Below, piece by piece: positions 20,487-30,714 of a DNA stretch of 40,941 nucleotides. Both the position numbers and the translations under genes were made by a program. Source of the DNA: Candidatus Scalinduaceae bacterium (lineage in GTDB: Bacteria; Planctomycetota; Brocadiia; Brocadiales; Scalinduaceae); contig JBHICG010000026.1 of assembly GCA_046759445.1 (NCBI GenBank), positions 1-40,941 on the forward strand, given 5' to 3'. The notes under the pieces are model-generated. The model made no database searches and was not told where the DNA came from. It saw only the letters and a program-made list of their open reading frames with translations. Each line of letters begins with the position of its first letter. The first letter of the stretch is position 1.

Positions 20487-22163
20487 TCAAATAAATTTAA
20501 TTTTTCCCATTGCAAAAAAGACCATCTTAAGCAATAACAAACCATGACGCCATCTTTGTATATTTGTCTCTCCGTATGTCCTTGCTTGATAACGAATAGG
20601 TATCTCCATAAATTTCAAATTTAGCTTGCTTGCTCCAAAGAGTAAGTCAAAATCACCATATGGATCAAAGTTGCCAAAATAACCTCTATTGGCAATTATA
20701 TTTTCATAATCTTTTTTAAGAAGCATCTTTGTCCCACATAGGGTATCCTTCAATGGTTGATCCAGTAACCATGTAAAAGCCATACTGAAAAATTTATTAC
20801 CTAGAAGATTAAAAAACAGCATGGATTCCTTTTCTGGCGGATAAACCAGACGACATCCATTTACAAAATCGGCCTGACGATTAGCCATTACATTATAAAA
20901 CTTGGGTAATTCTTCCGGAGGCATAGTTAAATCACCATCCAAGATAGTTACTATATCACCTGTGGCTTCTGAAAAACCCTTTCTAACAGCATCTCCTTTC
21001 CCTTTGCCCGGTTGCTGCATAATTTTAATTTTGTGACTATCTTTATATTTTTCATATACTCTTTTAATTTCTTCCCAGGTATTGTCTGTAGAATGGCCTT
21101 CAACAAATATTAATTCCGTAAATTTCCCTATTTTAGGAGTACGCAAAACGGCTTTTTCAATGTTACCACCCTCATTTCTGGCTGGTATAATAACTGAGAG
21201 ACTGTATTCCTGTGATGTAGGATTATTTTTTCTGACTACAAAATACTGAATGAGAGCAAGATACCTGAATAAAGGGAGTTTAACAAAGTATTTATTTAAT
21301 AACCATGAGAAGAAAGGGATATAAGTTGGCATGAGTAATGCTTCCCCTTCTTTAACTACTTCCATACCAGACAATTCAATCAAATTTTCTATATCTGACG
21401 TCGAAAGCCAATTTTGCCGGAATTGGGGCATTTTTAGATATAGTTTTTCTAAAATTCTTAATATTGGTTCCCATAAATAACTGTAATATGTAATAATGAG
21501 TCTGGATCCATCATGCATCAATTTTTTGCTTTCCTCAAAAGCTTTTTGCACATCATTTAAATGGCCAATTAAGTCGCTCATTATTATATAATCATATGAC
21601 TCATTCAACTTTTCTGGTTCAATATTTTCGGCATTCATGACGTCAAAAGGGATATCAGGGTATTTCACCCGGGCTTTTTTAATCATTCCAGAACTAGAAT
21701 CTATCCCCATAACTTTTTCCTGTGATAGTTGATTCAAAAAGTCACCTGTCCCACAGCCGATTTCAATTACAGAAGCGTAGGGGGGAATAAGAAACTGTAA
21801 TATCTTGAGTAACTCGTCATAATAGGATTTGCTTCTATCCTTCCAGTTATCGCGGTGCTCTGCGATTAAATTGAAATATTGTATTAATTTTTCTTGTTTT
21901 GGATTTTCATCTAGTAATATATGTTGAGCAATTTTAACTTCTTTTCGTTGTTTGATATAAAATGTTATATACAGGGGAATTATAAATATTCCAAAGCCCA
22001 CCCAGGCTAAAGCCAGAAAACTTGTGTTTCCAATGTCAATATTTTTTATGCTCAACCAGGAAATTAATGTTTCTTCAAAAAGGAAGATGAAAATAAAAAA
22101 CAATAACCAATAAGAATGTTTCATCATAAATGATTTAGGGTCTTGACTAGAATATAGTACCAA
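20487..22163 (-). CDS. Methyltransferase + polyprenyl-phosphate (DPM1-like GT2) glycosyltransferase fusion with two N-terminal TM segments
   Basis: MTase IEIGCGTG...GIDSS; GT2 VIIPARNE, GKGDAVRKG, LDGDL, DTLCGTK and EIPIRY. Alternative ATG at 22127. Confidence 0.85.
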   Translation of the reverse strand: MVLYSSQDPKSFMMKHSYWLLFFIFIFLFEETLISWLSIKNIDIGNTSFLALAWVGFGIFIIPLYITFYIKQRKEVKIAQHILLDENPKQEKLIQYFNLIAEHRDNWKDRSKSYYDELLKILQFLIPPYASVIEIGCGTGDFLNQLSQEKVMGIDSSSGMIKKARVKYPDIPFDVMNAENIEPEKLNESYDYIIMSDLIGHLNDVQKAFEESKKLMHDGSRLIITYYSYLWEPILRILEKLYLKMPQFRQNWLSTSDIENLIELSGMEVVKEGEALLMPTYIPFFSWLLNKYFVKLPLFRYLALIQYFVVRKNNPTSQEYSLSVIIPARNEGGNIEKAVLRTPKIGKFTELIFVEGHSTDNTWEEIKRVYEKYKDSHKIKIMQQPGKGKGDAVRKGFSEATGDIVTILDGDLTMPPEELPKFYNVMANRQADFVNGCRLVYPPEKESMLFFNLLGNKFFSMAFTWLLDQPLKDTLCGTKMLLKKDYENIIANRGYFGNFDPYGDFDLLFGASKLNLKFMEIPIRYQARTYGETNIQRWRHGLLLLKMVFFAMGKIKFI

Positions 22164-22280
22164 AATGTTCTATAAGTTTAGTCAAGACCCTATTTTTAAA
22201 ACTGTCTTTTTAAGGTGACGCGTAAAACCAGAATAAAAAGTACTCGATGTCCAAAACATATGTCTTGCTATTTTTCTCCG

Positions 22281-22598
22281 TCAGTTGCCCCTTTCTTTTT
22301 CAATATCATGACGAATCATTATGGCAATTAAATCTTCTATAGATGTTTTAGATTCCTACCCTAAAACTTTTTTGGCTTTTTCCGGATTTCCACATAAGAC
22401 ATTTACTTCAGTAGGTATAAAATATCTAGACTCGGCCTTAATCAATATTTTACCACTCTTCTTATTGATTCCACACTCTTCCACCCCTTCTCATTTCCAT
22501 ATTAAGTCGATCTCTATTTTTTTAAATGCCATAGTACAAAATTCTCGGACTGTATAGGTTCTACCAGTAGCAGGAACATAATCGTCTGTTTTATTTAG
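22281..22598 (-). pseudogene. gmd: 3' remnant of GDP-mannose 4,6-dehydratase
   Basis: Manual translation [93 protein letters not shown]. Stops at 22491-22493 and 22356-22358; 5' two-thirds missing. Confidence 0.9.
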
Positions 22599-23543
22599 TT
22601 AAAAATTTCTTATCAAGCCATAGATCTTTCTAAGTGGGGCTGTAATTTTCAATGATAGCGAATTTCTAATTTGCAGAATTTCTTGTTTAGTTTGTTGGTT
22701 TTCCTGCTGAAGCTGTTCAATTTCCTGTTTGAGTTGCTGGTTTTCATGTTGAAGTTGTTGATTATTATTGGTCAACTTCTCTAATCCGTTTTTAATAATT
22801 TTTTTGGCATCGCCAGTTGGAACAATGTTTTTTGAGGAATTAATTCCTTCAAAAGCCATAGTGAATAACTGGCTTGACTTCCACTCAATCAATTCTAGCT
22901 GTAAATCATATATTGGGTCGTGTTGCCTCGAAAAGGAATGCCAGGGATGGTATAATTTTAATGTTGGGGCCCATTGAATCGCCAAGCCAAGATTTCTGAA
23001 ACGGGTATAAATGTCAAGGCCATTTGAGTGATTTCCTGTCCCTAATAGAGGATGTTGCTCATAACCGTTAATCTCTATCAACCACTTTCTTCGGACTGTC
23101 AGGCAGCCACCATAATTAGTCGGGTTTTTGAGAACACATTTTTTTTCAAGTTCATCAAGACTATGCGTTTTTAAGACTCCTTGTTCGATTTCATCATATC
23201 GATATCCATATACAACTAATTTGTCATACGATTTATGTAAATTCCAGACTCGAGAGATAAAATCTGATGGTACAATCTGATCTGCATCAGGGATAATTAG
23301 GAGTTTACCCGATGCTTCACGGATTCCTGCATTAAAGCAATAGGATGAATGATAGGTATTATAATTGTTTAAAATAAGTACCTTTACTTTTGGCAGATTT
23401 TTCAAGCCCTCATGAGGTTTACGATAATATTCTACCCAGATAACCTCATACTCATCTTTCGGAAAATCCTGTTCTGAGAAACACCGTGCCGCATGGATAT
23501 TTTCTCGAAACCCTCCATCAACCAGAATAACTGAAACTTTCAT
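22599..23543 (-). CDS. GT-A (GT2-like) glycosyltransferase with short coiled coil and SLKITAPLRK tail
   Basis: Motifs FNAGIREASG, PDAD, INGYEQ and YHPWH; about 38-aa heptad tail. Confidence 0.8.
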   Translation of the reverse strand: MKVSVILVDGGFRENIHAARCFSEQDFPKDEYEVIWVEYYRKPHEGLKNLPKVKVLILNNYNTYHSSYCFNAGIREASGKLLIIPDADQIVPSDFISRVWNLHKSYDKLVVYGYRYDEIEQGVLKTHSLDELEKKCVLKNPTNYGGCLTVRRKWLIEINGYEQHPLLGTGNHSNGLDIYTRFRNLGLAIQWAPTLKLYHPWHSFSRQHDPIYDLQLELIEWKSSQLFTMAFEGINSSKNIVPTGDAKKIIKNGLEKLTNNNQQLQHENQQLKQEIEQLQQENQQTKQEILQIRNSLSLKITAPLRKIYGLIRNF

Positions 23544-23548
23544 TTTAA

Positions 23549-24286
23549 TTATGTCTCCTCGAGTTGTTTAGAAATTGTCTTTTGCCATAATATGTTGTAT
23601 GTAAGTGGCTTATATTTCTTGTAAGGTTGTTTGGTAATTGGTTTCCAATATTGATTGTAAACTTTTTCACTCATGACATAAAGATCAGGGTCGTCTTTTA
23701 ATTTTGTTAATGGAACGAGAGGATTAATGACGGGAAAATACTGATACATAAAATCTAATAATTTATTCGCCCAAATTGTGTTTTCACTGATAACAATGTC
23801 AAAGCAGTGGAGGGAATATCCTTTTGGCTTTAAGACTCTATCTATATCCTGACAAATATTCAAAAAGGTTGCCTTATCGTTTATGTGCTCCAATACTGAA
23901 ATACTAAAAACAAAATCAAAATATTCATTAGGCAATTCTTTATTAAAGTTGCCTATGTAGTCTTTAACCAAACGATAACCTGTAATTTTCAACTTAACTG
24001 GACCATTACCTTTACCTTTAAGTTTGTCGATGTTCCAGCATTCGTAATCTTTACTGAATTTATTTATAATTCTTGACCAACCCCCACCAATGTCGAGAAG
24101 TTTAGACCCCTTCGGAATATTATTAAGAATGAAATTGTAAACAAGATGATCTTGATAATCTTTTAACCTGCACTCTTCCGGATCAATAATAATATTGTTT
24201 TCGTGCATTTCTTTAAAAAATGAAAAATGCTTGATTTTGCTATAAGTAAATTCTTTAAAATTATCTACTTTAAATGGATTTCTCAT
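23549..24286 (-). CDS. Class I SAM-dependent methyltransferase
   Basis: Motifs LLDIGGG, FDFVFSISVLEHI and RVLKPKG. Confidence 0.9.
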   Translation of the reverse strand: MRNPFKVDNFKEFTYSKIKHFSFFKEMHENNIIIDPEECRLKDYQDHLVYNFILNNIPKGSKLLDIGGGWSRIINKFSKDYECWNIDKLKGKGNGPVKLKITGYRLVKDYIGNFNKELPNEYFDFVFSISVLEHINDKATFLNICQDIDRVLKPKGYSLHCFDIVISENTIWANKLLDFMYQYFPVINPLVPLTKLKDDPDLYVMSEKVYNQYWKPITKQPYKKYKPLTYNILWQKTISKQLEET

Positions 24287-24294
24287 ATATCACT

Positions 24295-25539
24295 TTATGA
24301 ATGGACGGTGGCATTTTCGGGTACAATTTTAGTGAATCTTTCTATTGTTTTATTAATTATGTCAGGTGTGTACGTGGAGTTTCTCCATGTTTTAGGAGAA
24401 TCTTTGACAACACCATACTTTTCTTTAAAAAGTTTTTCACCACCGTGGTGCACAACAAATTGGAACCACCAATGCTTGACATATTCTGAGTCACACTCAG
24501 AGTTGATGCGGTTCATCAAGGCAAAGGTTTCCATTCTATCTTCCTCTGTTTCATCTGGATAACAGATTATATACTGTGCGAGTGTTAATATTTTATACTT
24601 GGTTAACTCCTTTACAAATTCTACTATCAAGTCATTGTCAAATTTGGGTTTATTCATACTATTTCTCTCCCGCATAGACCCTGATTCAATTCCAACCCTT
24701 GCTTCCCGAACTCCTGCAGAAGCCATTTTTGACACATAATTCTTATACCCTTCATGTATCTGCATGCCAAAGATATGGCCTGGAGGTTTTGTATCGAGTG
24801 TGGATATTTCCTCAAACAGTTTTGCGGTTCTATTATTGTTGATATTAATACTCGAGTCATTATACATAATTCCAGTAGCGTTTGGTGTATTCTTAATTTG
24901 ATTTACAACTGTATCGATTGAGTGAAAATAATATGGAAGATGTTGTGTGCAAAAGTGACACTTATACGGACAACCCCTGGTTGTCACTACAGATAATTCT
25001 CCATTGTATTTATCTATTTCTATTCCTGTGTAATCAGGTAAGTATTCTTTTTTGGGGACGAGGGGTTTTTGTATGATGCCTTTTGAATTCAGAGCCTCCA
25101 GAATTGCTTCTTCACCATATCCAGAGACGACGGTATCAAAACATCCAATACTCAATAAATCTTCCTCATTATATGTTGCTTGTGGACCACCAGCAATGCA
25201 TCTTACATGCTTCGATAGAATTTTTGCCATAGCAATGCCATATTCTACAGTGGGGTAGCCAAGACTGAAACCAACAATTTCTGGTTCTGATGCTAAAACC
25301 ATCTCACAGTATTGATCTAACCTCTTATAGGTATAGTCAATTGCAGGATGATCATCAGGTATAGTAAAGTCTCTGGTGTATTGGGGGAGTATTTCAATTG
25401 TATTATTTATTTCCAGATTTAAGTCAATGGCGATCGAATCGTGACCATGCTTTTTTAACACTCCATTTAAATAAGCTAGACCGAGGGGGCTACCTTTCCA
25501 ACCAGATATAAATGGAGGGCGAATTAAAACAATCTTCAT
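24295..25539 (-). CDS. B12-binding radical SAM protein
   Basis: PLGLAYL, IVGFS, AGGPQAT, GYGE (cobalamin domain); TRGCPYKCHFC; GIESG. Confidence 0.9.
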   Translation of the reverse strand: MKIVLIRPPFISGWKGSPLGLAYLNGVLKKHGHDSIAIDLNLEINNTIEILPQYTRDFTIPDDHPAIDYTYKRLDQYCEMVLASEPEIVGFSLGYPTVEYGIAMAKILSKHVRCIAGGPQATYNEEDLLSIGCFDTVVSGYGEEAILEALNSKGIIQKPLVPKKEYLPDYTGIEIDKYNGELSVVTTRGCPYKCHFCTQHLPYYFHSIDTVVNQIKNTPNATGIMYNDSSININNNRTAKLFEEISTLDTKPPGHIFGMQIHEGYKNYVSKMASAGVREARVGIESGSMRERNSMNKPKFDNDLIVEFVKELTKYKILTLAQYIICYPDETEEDRMETFALMNRINSECDSEYVKHWWFQFVVHHGGEKLFKEKYGVVKDSPKTWRNSTYTPDIINKTIERFTKIVPENATVHS

Positions 25540-25668
25540 TATTGTTGACTACATTTCTGAACTTAAAAAGGAAATAAGATACTAACTTTTTAAATATTAT
25601 CAAGCATAATCAGGCAGGAGTTTGCTTTTGCAAAATAAATTTTGTTTGTGAGATATATATTAAGTTGT

Positions 25669-27075
25669 TTATTCTAATTTCCTTATCATTCCATAAACTT
25701 TTCTAAGGGGGGCAGTAATTTTCAATGAGAGCGAATTTCTAATTTGATGAATCTCATGCTTAACTTGTTGATTTTCCTGTTGAAGTTGTTCAATATCCTG
25801 CTTAAGTTGCTGATTTTGTTGTTGAAGACTGTAATAGTCCTGTTTAAGATCTTGATTCTCTTTATGTAATTGTTGATTGTTTTCCCGAACTTGCTGAATC
25901 TCAACTTGAAGCTGTTGATTATTTTCTCGAACCTGCGCAATTTCCTTTTGTAATTGTTCAATTGCCGTTTGTTTTAGCATGTTGTTTTCTCGAACCTGCG
26001 CAATTTCCTTTTGTAATTGTTCAATTGCCGTTTGTTTTAGCATGTTGTTTTCTCGAACCTGCGCAATTTCCTTTTTTAATTGTTCAATTGCCGTTTGTTT
26101 TAAATCATTGCTTTCTTGAACTTGCTGAAGGCTTAAGTTGACACGGTGAAGGCGTTGATTTTCTTCTTGTAGTTGTAGGTTTTCCTGATGTAGTTTCAAA
26201 ACCTTCGGAGATTCTTGGTTTTCTTCTAAGAAAATACAAGCACTATCCTGAGTTGCGTCTTCCTTTGCATCTGATTTGTTACCATTATTGTCAAGAAGCA
26301 ATTGGCTATGGGATGGATTTCCCAAATAATGACTTCTTGGGTCGCTTGCCGTAAAATCTGAATCCCACAATTTTAAAGATAGTTTTGAACTAGTACCTCT
26401 ACCCCAATCTTCAATATCAAATACTTTTGCGCCATTATCCACAATAAGAATAGAAAAACCTTTATTATAATTTCTAAAATTTAAATTGCCAGTCTGATAG
26501 AAAGATATAGGGTATTCGTCTGTATCATATCCTTTGAGGACAGTATTCCAATGAGTGGTTGGGGCGCATCGAAAACAGCTATTAACGCCACCAAGTCGAG
26601 AAGGTGAAGTGTTAATGTCTGGATATGCATGTCCATCCTCTAAGATATGCCTCTTAGCTTCATGATGTTTCCCACACCCCGTAAAAAGGCCATATTTGAG
26701 TCCATTTGGAGAGGGTTTTCCATAATATTTTTTCATTGCCTCAATCATTGATTTTATAAGTCCTTCCTTGAATCCATGGTCATCTTCTATCATGCAAATA
26801 TATTCAGGAGCATAAAGTTCTTGTCCTAGGGCTAAACACATATTTCTTGTGTGTGCCATGGAAATATTATCAGAGAGGATTAGGAAAAAATCATTGTTTT
26901 TATTAAGCTTTTGTAGATAGGTCCATTTTTCGGCTTTTCCTTTGACGCTTGAATCGTGGACAATTAATTTAGCATCATTGCGTTTCGTTTCTTTAATGAT
27001 ACTAGGTAAGGTTTTTTGCACAACTTTAAGATTTTCAAATGTAGCATAAATAGTTAGAAATACCGTCTTATCCAT
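25669..27075 (-). CDS. GT-A-like enzyme with long coiled coil and SLKITAPLRK tail
   Basis: LIVHDSS, AHTRNMCL and YICMIEDD suggest a GT2-like fold; about 155-aa heptad region. Confidence 0.7.
   Translation of the reverse strand: MDKTVFLTIYATFENLKVVQKTLPSIIKETKRNDAKLIVHDSSVKGKAEKWTYLQKLNKNNDFFLILSDNISMAHTRNMCLALGQELYAPEYICMIEDDHGFKEGLIKSMIEAMKKYYGKPSPNGLKYGLFTGCGKHHEAKRHILEDGHAYPDINTSPSRLGGVNSCFRCAPTTHWNTVLKGYDTDEYPISFYQTGNLNFRNYNKGFSILIVDNGAKVFDIEDWGRGTSSKLSLKLWDSDFTASDPRSHYLGNPSHSQLLLDNNGNKSDAKEDATQDSACIFLEENQESPKVLKLHQENLQLQEENQRLHRVNLSLQQVQESNDLKQTAIEQLKKEIAQVRENNMLKQTAIEQLQKEIAQVRENNMLKQTAIEQLQKEIAQVRENNQQLQVEIQQVRENNQQLHKENQDLKQDYYSLQQQNQQLKQDIEQLQQENQQVKHEIHQIRNSLSLKITAPLRKVYGMIRKLE
25922..26103. 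repeat. 63-bp tandem repeat, about 3 copies (21 aa, three heptads)
   Basis: TTTTCTCGAACCTGCGCAATTTCC at 25922, 25985 and 26048; encodes MLKQTAIEQLQKEIAQVRENN. Confidence 0.95.
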
Positions 27076-28067
27076 TATTCGTTTCTTTCATTGTTTATTT
27101 TACTGAGATCTGCAATCCATGATCTAAGGGTCTTTAATTCTTCTTGCTTAACGAAACCATGCTCTAAAAGTGTTTGATAAATAGTTTCAATGTTTGACAA
27201 CGGATCTTTTTTTAAGTTTACCGAATTAAGAAGGTTAACGATAGGTTTTATGTTTAAATAACACTCGATTTCTTCTTCGAAGTCTCTGATTAAGTCATGT
27301 ATGTTTCTTTCCTGGTAGACAATTGCTTTCATAAATCCAAGATGGAGATCATTTTCCCAGAGCAACCTTTGGGCAATGTATCCTCTCAGTATATCCGTGA
27401 ATCGGAAACTAACTTTTGCAGGCAAATATAGAAAAGGAAAAGCTTTTTTGTTCCAAAAAGTATTTTGTGAATTAAAGGGGCAATAATATTCCTTTTCGAG
27501 AACAACTGATGGCTTAGCTTTAAACTCAATCTTTTTGTTTTCTGTGAGTCTGAAAATGGCGTCTACGTCTGGGTCGCCATTAACCAATCCCTGCCAAACC
27601 CCTACTTTTACAAAAGGAGTTTTTTCAATGTGAGTGTTTGCAGGTATAAGAATTTCATCTAACGGAAATCCTCTTGGCCAGATTTTTTCTTCAGAAAAGT
27701 ATCTGTAAATATTCACATAAATTTGATTTGATACATACTTTGCGTTGCAAGCAAAATCAGGTTGCTCCCAATGATTATAAGGGGAATTATCATCATCGCT
27801 ATCATAGATAATATCAGCACCTTGCTGGATGGCGTATAAGTAACCGATATTTTTACGTGTGTAGTGGTTATAAGGACAAACCTCTACTAGCTGGTATCCC
27901 AACTCTTGTTGGTCATTTATTGATAAAAAGGTAAGATTGTCAGATGATTCAATTTGTGGTGTTTTTTGATCGCCTATCAATATAATGTGCCAGTCTTGCA
28001 TTTGTTCAAATAGAGTAATTCCTTTGGATTTTGTATTGATTGTAGTCATTATAATATATTTTTTCAT
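27075..28067 (-). CDS. STELLO/DUF288-like glycosyltransferase
   Basis: Motifs TTIN, GDQKTP, RKNIGYLYAI, DSDDDN, WPRGFPL, QGLVNGDPDVDAIFRL, PFNSQNT and FRFTDILRG. Confidence 0.85.
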   Translation of the reverse strand: MKKYIIMTTINTKSKGITLFEQMQDWHIILIGDQKTPQIESSDNLTFLSINDQQELGYQLVEVCPYNHYTRKNIGYLYAIQQGADIIYDSDDDNSPYNHWEQPDFACNAKYVSNQIYVNIYRYFSEEKIWPRGFPLDEILIPANTHIEKTPFVKVGVWQGLVNGDPDVDAIFRLTENKKIEFKAKPSVVLEKEYYCPFNSQNTFWNKKAFPFLYLPAKVSFRFTDILRGYIAQRLLWENDLHLGFMKAIVYQERNIHDLIRDFEEEIECYLNIKPIVNLLNSVNLKKDPLSNIETIYQTLLEHGFVKQEELKTLRSWIADLSKINNERNE

Positions 28068-28084
28068 CTGCGCAATTAAACATC

Positions 28085-29731
28085 TTAGTTCTTAATGAAA
28101 GTTTCATTAAGAAAAGTTTTTTCTTGGTTGATTACTTGGGTCCATTTATGCGAAGCATTGTGTGCAAGTTTATTTATTTCAGTTTCCTTTAAATTGGATT
28201 CACATAAGTTTATACAATAATTGAACAAATTTGCTGATGCTTTTCCAATCTTTTTTACAGAATTCATGTATATCTTAAAAATGTTAGTTTCATTTTTTGA
28301 TTGTTTGCTTGCCTCCATACCGGTGGTTCGCACTAAAAAGGCTGTATCAATTTCTGGATTAAAAATTGAAAATATGAGGTTATGGAGGACAGCTATTCTT
28401 TTATCTTGGAATCTAAATTGACCAACGCTTGAGTATGTTGTTGGACTTATTACTAAATTGTCTTTCTTTAATTTTTTTTCGATAATCATCCTTGAAAAGC
28501 CTGCTAGTTTAATAGGATATACATCGAAATGTTGAGTCAAGTTTGACTCGGAAAGGTATTGAATGTTTTGCCTTAGCATGTCAAATGTCGAATAAGGAAA
28601 GAACATTATATAGGGTATTGAAACTGCAATCTGGCATTCATGAACTAATTGAATAACTTTTTTCGCCGTGTCAATGTTATAAGGCTTTGCAAATAGCTTT
28701 AGCTGCTCTTTATTGCTGGCTTCCAGTCCAATGGTTAACATAGTTAAACCTGCTTCTTTCATGGTTAAAAGAGCCTCTTTGTCAGTGGGAGCTAAGCTGT
28801 CTGGTCTAATGAGAGCCGAGAAACAAACATCTAGTTTGTTCTTTATAATCAATTCGCTGAACTCTAAAGCGTTTTTTAGTCCCGTTTCTCTGACACCTAT
28901 CCAGTTATCATCACAGATCCAGAACTTTCTTGCACCTTGCTCGTATAATTGTTTAACTTCATCGAAGATACTTTGGGCATTACGCGAACGCCAGCGTGAT
29001 ATTCCTTCACTGGGTTTACAGTGTTTGTTAGCAAAAGAAGCTATTGAACAAAAGGTGCAATGGCCAAGGCATCCTCTGCTGATTACTATGTTAAAGGTTA
29101 ATCGATCATTCCGTCTTGAGTCTACTATAGAAGAACGGTAAGGGAAGGGTAGGGTATTCAAATCTAACTCAAAATTAGGGGGCGTTTGTTTTGTTTCTCC
29201 ATTATGTCGATAGGTTAAGCCGGGGATTGTAGATATGTCTTGATTATTTTCCAGGGCATCTATAAGCATAGGGAAACTAAGATCTCCATCCCCTACAATA
29301 ACAAAATCAACATAAGGTTCATTTTGAAGTATTTCTTTATTATACAAAGAGGCATGTATGTCGCCGTAAACAACCGTAAGATTGGGCATCTTCTTCTTTA
29401 AATCTCGACTTATTTTGAGGCTTTGATTGATAGTGATTGCCGGTTCAGAAAAACCCACATAAGAGGGGTTTAGTTTAAGAATTATATTTGTAAGTTCTTC
29501 CGCAGTATAATCTGTGTGAATGGAATCGAATAAATGAACGTTATATCCTTTGTTTTTTAATGCGGTATAAAGATAACCTAAGCCGAGATCGTCAACAGCC
29601 ATATTTTTGTTATTGGCATAAAAACCTCTAAAATTAATAGGAGAAGATACTAATGCAATAGTCGGCTTAATAGAGCAGTCATTTTTTATTATGTTTTTGA
29701 TCTTTTTAATTAAATTTCTAATTTGTTTCAT
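28085..29731 (-). CDS. B12-binding radical SAM protein
   Basis: Motifs LGLGYL, YVGFS, GDIHAS, VGDGD, LPFPYR, SRGCLGHCTFC, DDNW and IGLEA. Confidence 0.9.
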   Translation of the reverse strand: MKQIRNLIKKIKNIIKNDCSIKPTIALVSSPINFRGFYANNKNMAVDDLGLGYLYTALKNKGYNVHLFDSIHTDYTAEELTNIILKLNPSYVGFSEPAITINQSLKISRDLKKKMPNLTVVYGDIHASLYNKEILQNEPYVDFVIVGDGDLSFPMLIDALENNQDISTIPGLTYRHNGETKQTPPNFELDLNTLPFPYRSSIVDSRRNDRLTFNIVISRGCLGHCTFCSIASFANKHCKPSEGISRWRSRNAQSIFDEVKQLYEQGARKFWICDDNWIGVRETGLKNALEFSELIIKNKLDVCFSALIRPDSLAPTDKEALLTMKEAGLTMLTIGLEASNKEQLKLFAKPYNIDTAKKVIQLVHECQIAVSIPYIMFFPYSTFDMLRQNIQYLSESNLTQHFDVYPIKLAGFSRMIIEKKLKKDNLVISPTTYSSVGQFRFQDKRIAVLHNLIFSIFNPEIDTAFLVRTTGMEASKQSKNETNIFKIYMNSVKKIGKASANLFNYCINLCESNLKETEINKLAHNASHKWTQVINQEKTFLNETFIKN

Positions 29732-29952
29732 TGTCTATAATCAAGCCTCTTAATTTATTATCTTACTATAAATTAATCATTTAAAGAAAGTGATACTTTC
29801 GGATTGTTCAATTGTTGAAGGATTCGGTCTTCCTCCGTATGATATACCAGTCCTTGATTATCACCTATAATTTTTAGTTTTGTTAACTAGTGGCTTTTAA
29901 GAGGGTAATTGAATTTAAATATTATGTAATTTTTATGTTATTTTATTGCTTT

Positions 29953-30699
29953 TTAGTACTCATCTTGTGGTTCGCCATGTTTTTGCATTATCAACCCAAC
30001 TGTTGTATATTTGAAGAGATCTACGTCTGTAATATCAGTAGACTCACTAACCAGTCTATCTTTGTCTGCGAGAATACGTTCCTCATCAAATTTTGGGGAA
30101 CCTGGAAGGTATATCTCATCTATAGGCTTAAGAGGTGAAGTTATATGAGCATAATCAGATATAAGTTTAGAAAAATTATAATTTCCATAAATCTGCGAAC
30201 CTGTTCGCCCCAAATATTCACTTACAGACAATTGTGATAGTAATTGGTTATTCATACCAAATATCCAATCTATAGTGATTACGGCAAGTCCACCAGGACG
30301 TAACACACGAAATAATTCATCGCATACTTGAGACCTTGAAGATATTGGTACATGTTCCAATACTGATACAGAAAAAATTCTATCAAAGAAATTTGAAGGG
30401 AATTCCAGTTTGCCTATGTCGCCTTGAACAAACCTAACGTCTCGAATATCTTTCTGAAGATTAGAAATATCGACTCCCACGGTAAGGCTATTGGTAATTA
30501 GATTTATATATTGTGTGAAATTGGTCCATGAACCGCTACCAAGATCAATTGAAAACAAATATTTTTTTAGTTGTCCGTTTAAGATACACCATGGATAAGC
30601 CCATGCCTTTGGTGTCCCAGGCCCTGGGTTTATAATTTCTTCACGCAGTTTCAAATAATCAGGTGAATTATACACACTATATCTAGGCCAATCTATCAT
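29953..30699 (-). CDS. Class I SAM-dependent methyltransferase
   Basis: Motifs IDLGSG, GVDIS, FFDRIFSVSVLEHV and RVLRPGG. Confidence 0.9.
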   Translation of the reverse strand: MIDWPRYSVYNSPDYLKLREEIINPGPGTPKAWAYPWCILNGQLKKYLFSIDLGSGSWTNFTQYINLITNSLTVGVDISNLQKDIRDVRFVQGDIGKLEFPSNFFDRIFSVSVLEHVPISSRSQVCDELFRVLRPGGLAVITIDWIFGMNNQLLSQLSVSEYLGRTGSQIYGNYNFSKLISDYAHITSPLKPIDEIYLPGSPKFDEERILADKDRLVSESTDITDVDLFKYTTVGLIMQKHGEPQDEY

Positions 30700-30714
30700 A
30701 AATGAATTTCCTTT

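Noticed and set aside
25922..26103. Tandem repeats here and at 7897-8140, 1-216 and 39867-40700 as CRISPR arrays
   Set aside because: No unique spacers; all are in-frame coding repeats; no cas genes.
29775..29930. Possible decayed copy of the STELLO-like 5' end (KDWYII...IEQSESITF)
   Set aside because: The similarity is short, needs a frameshift and could be chance in AT-rich DNA.
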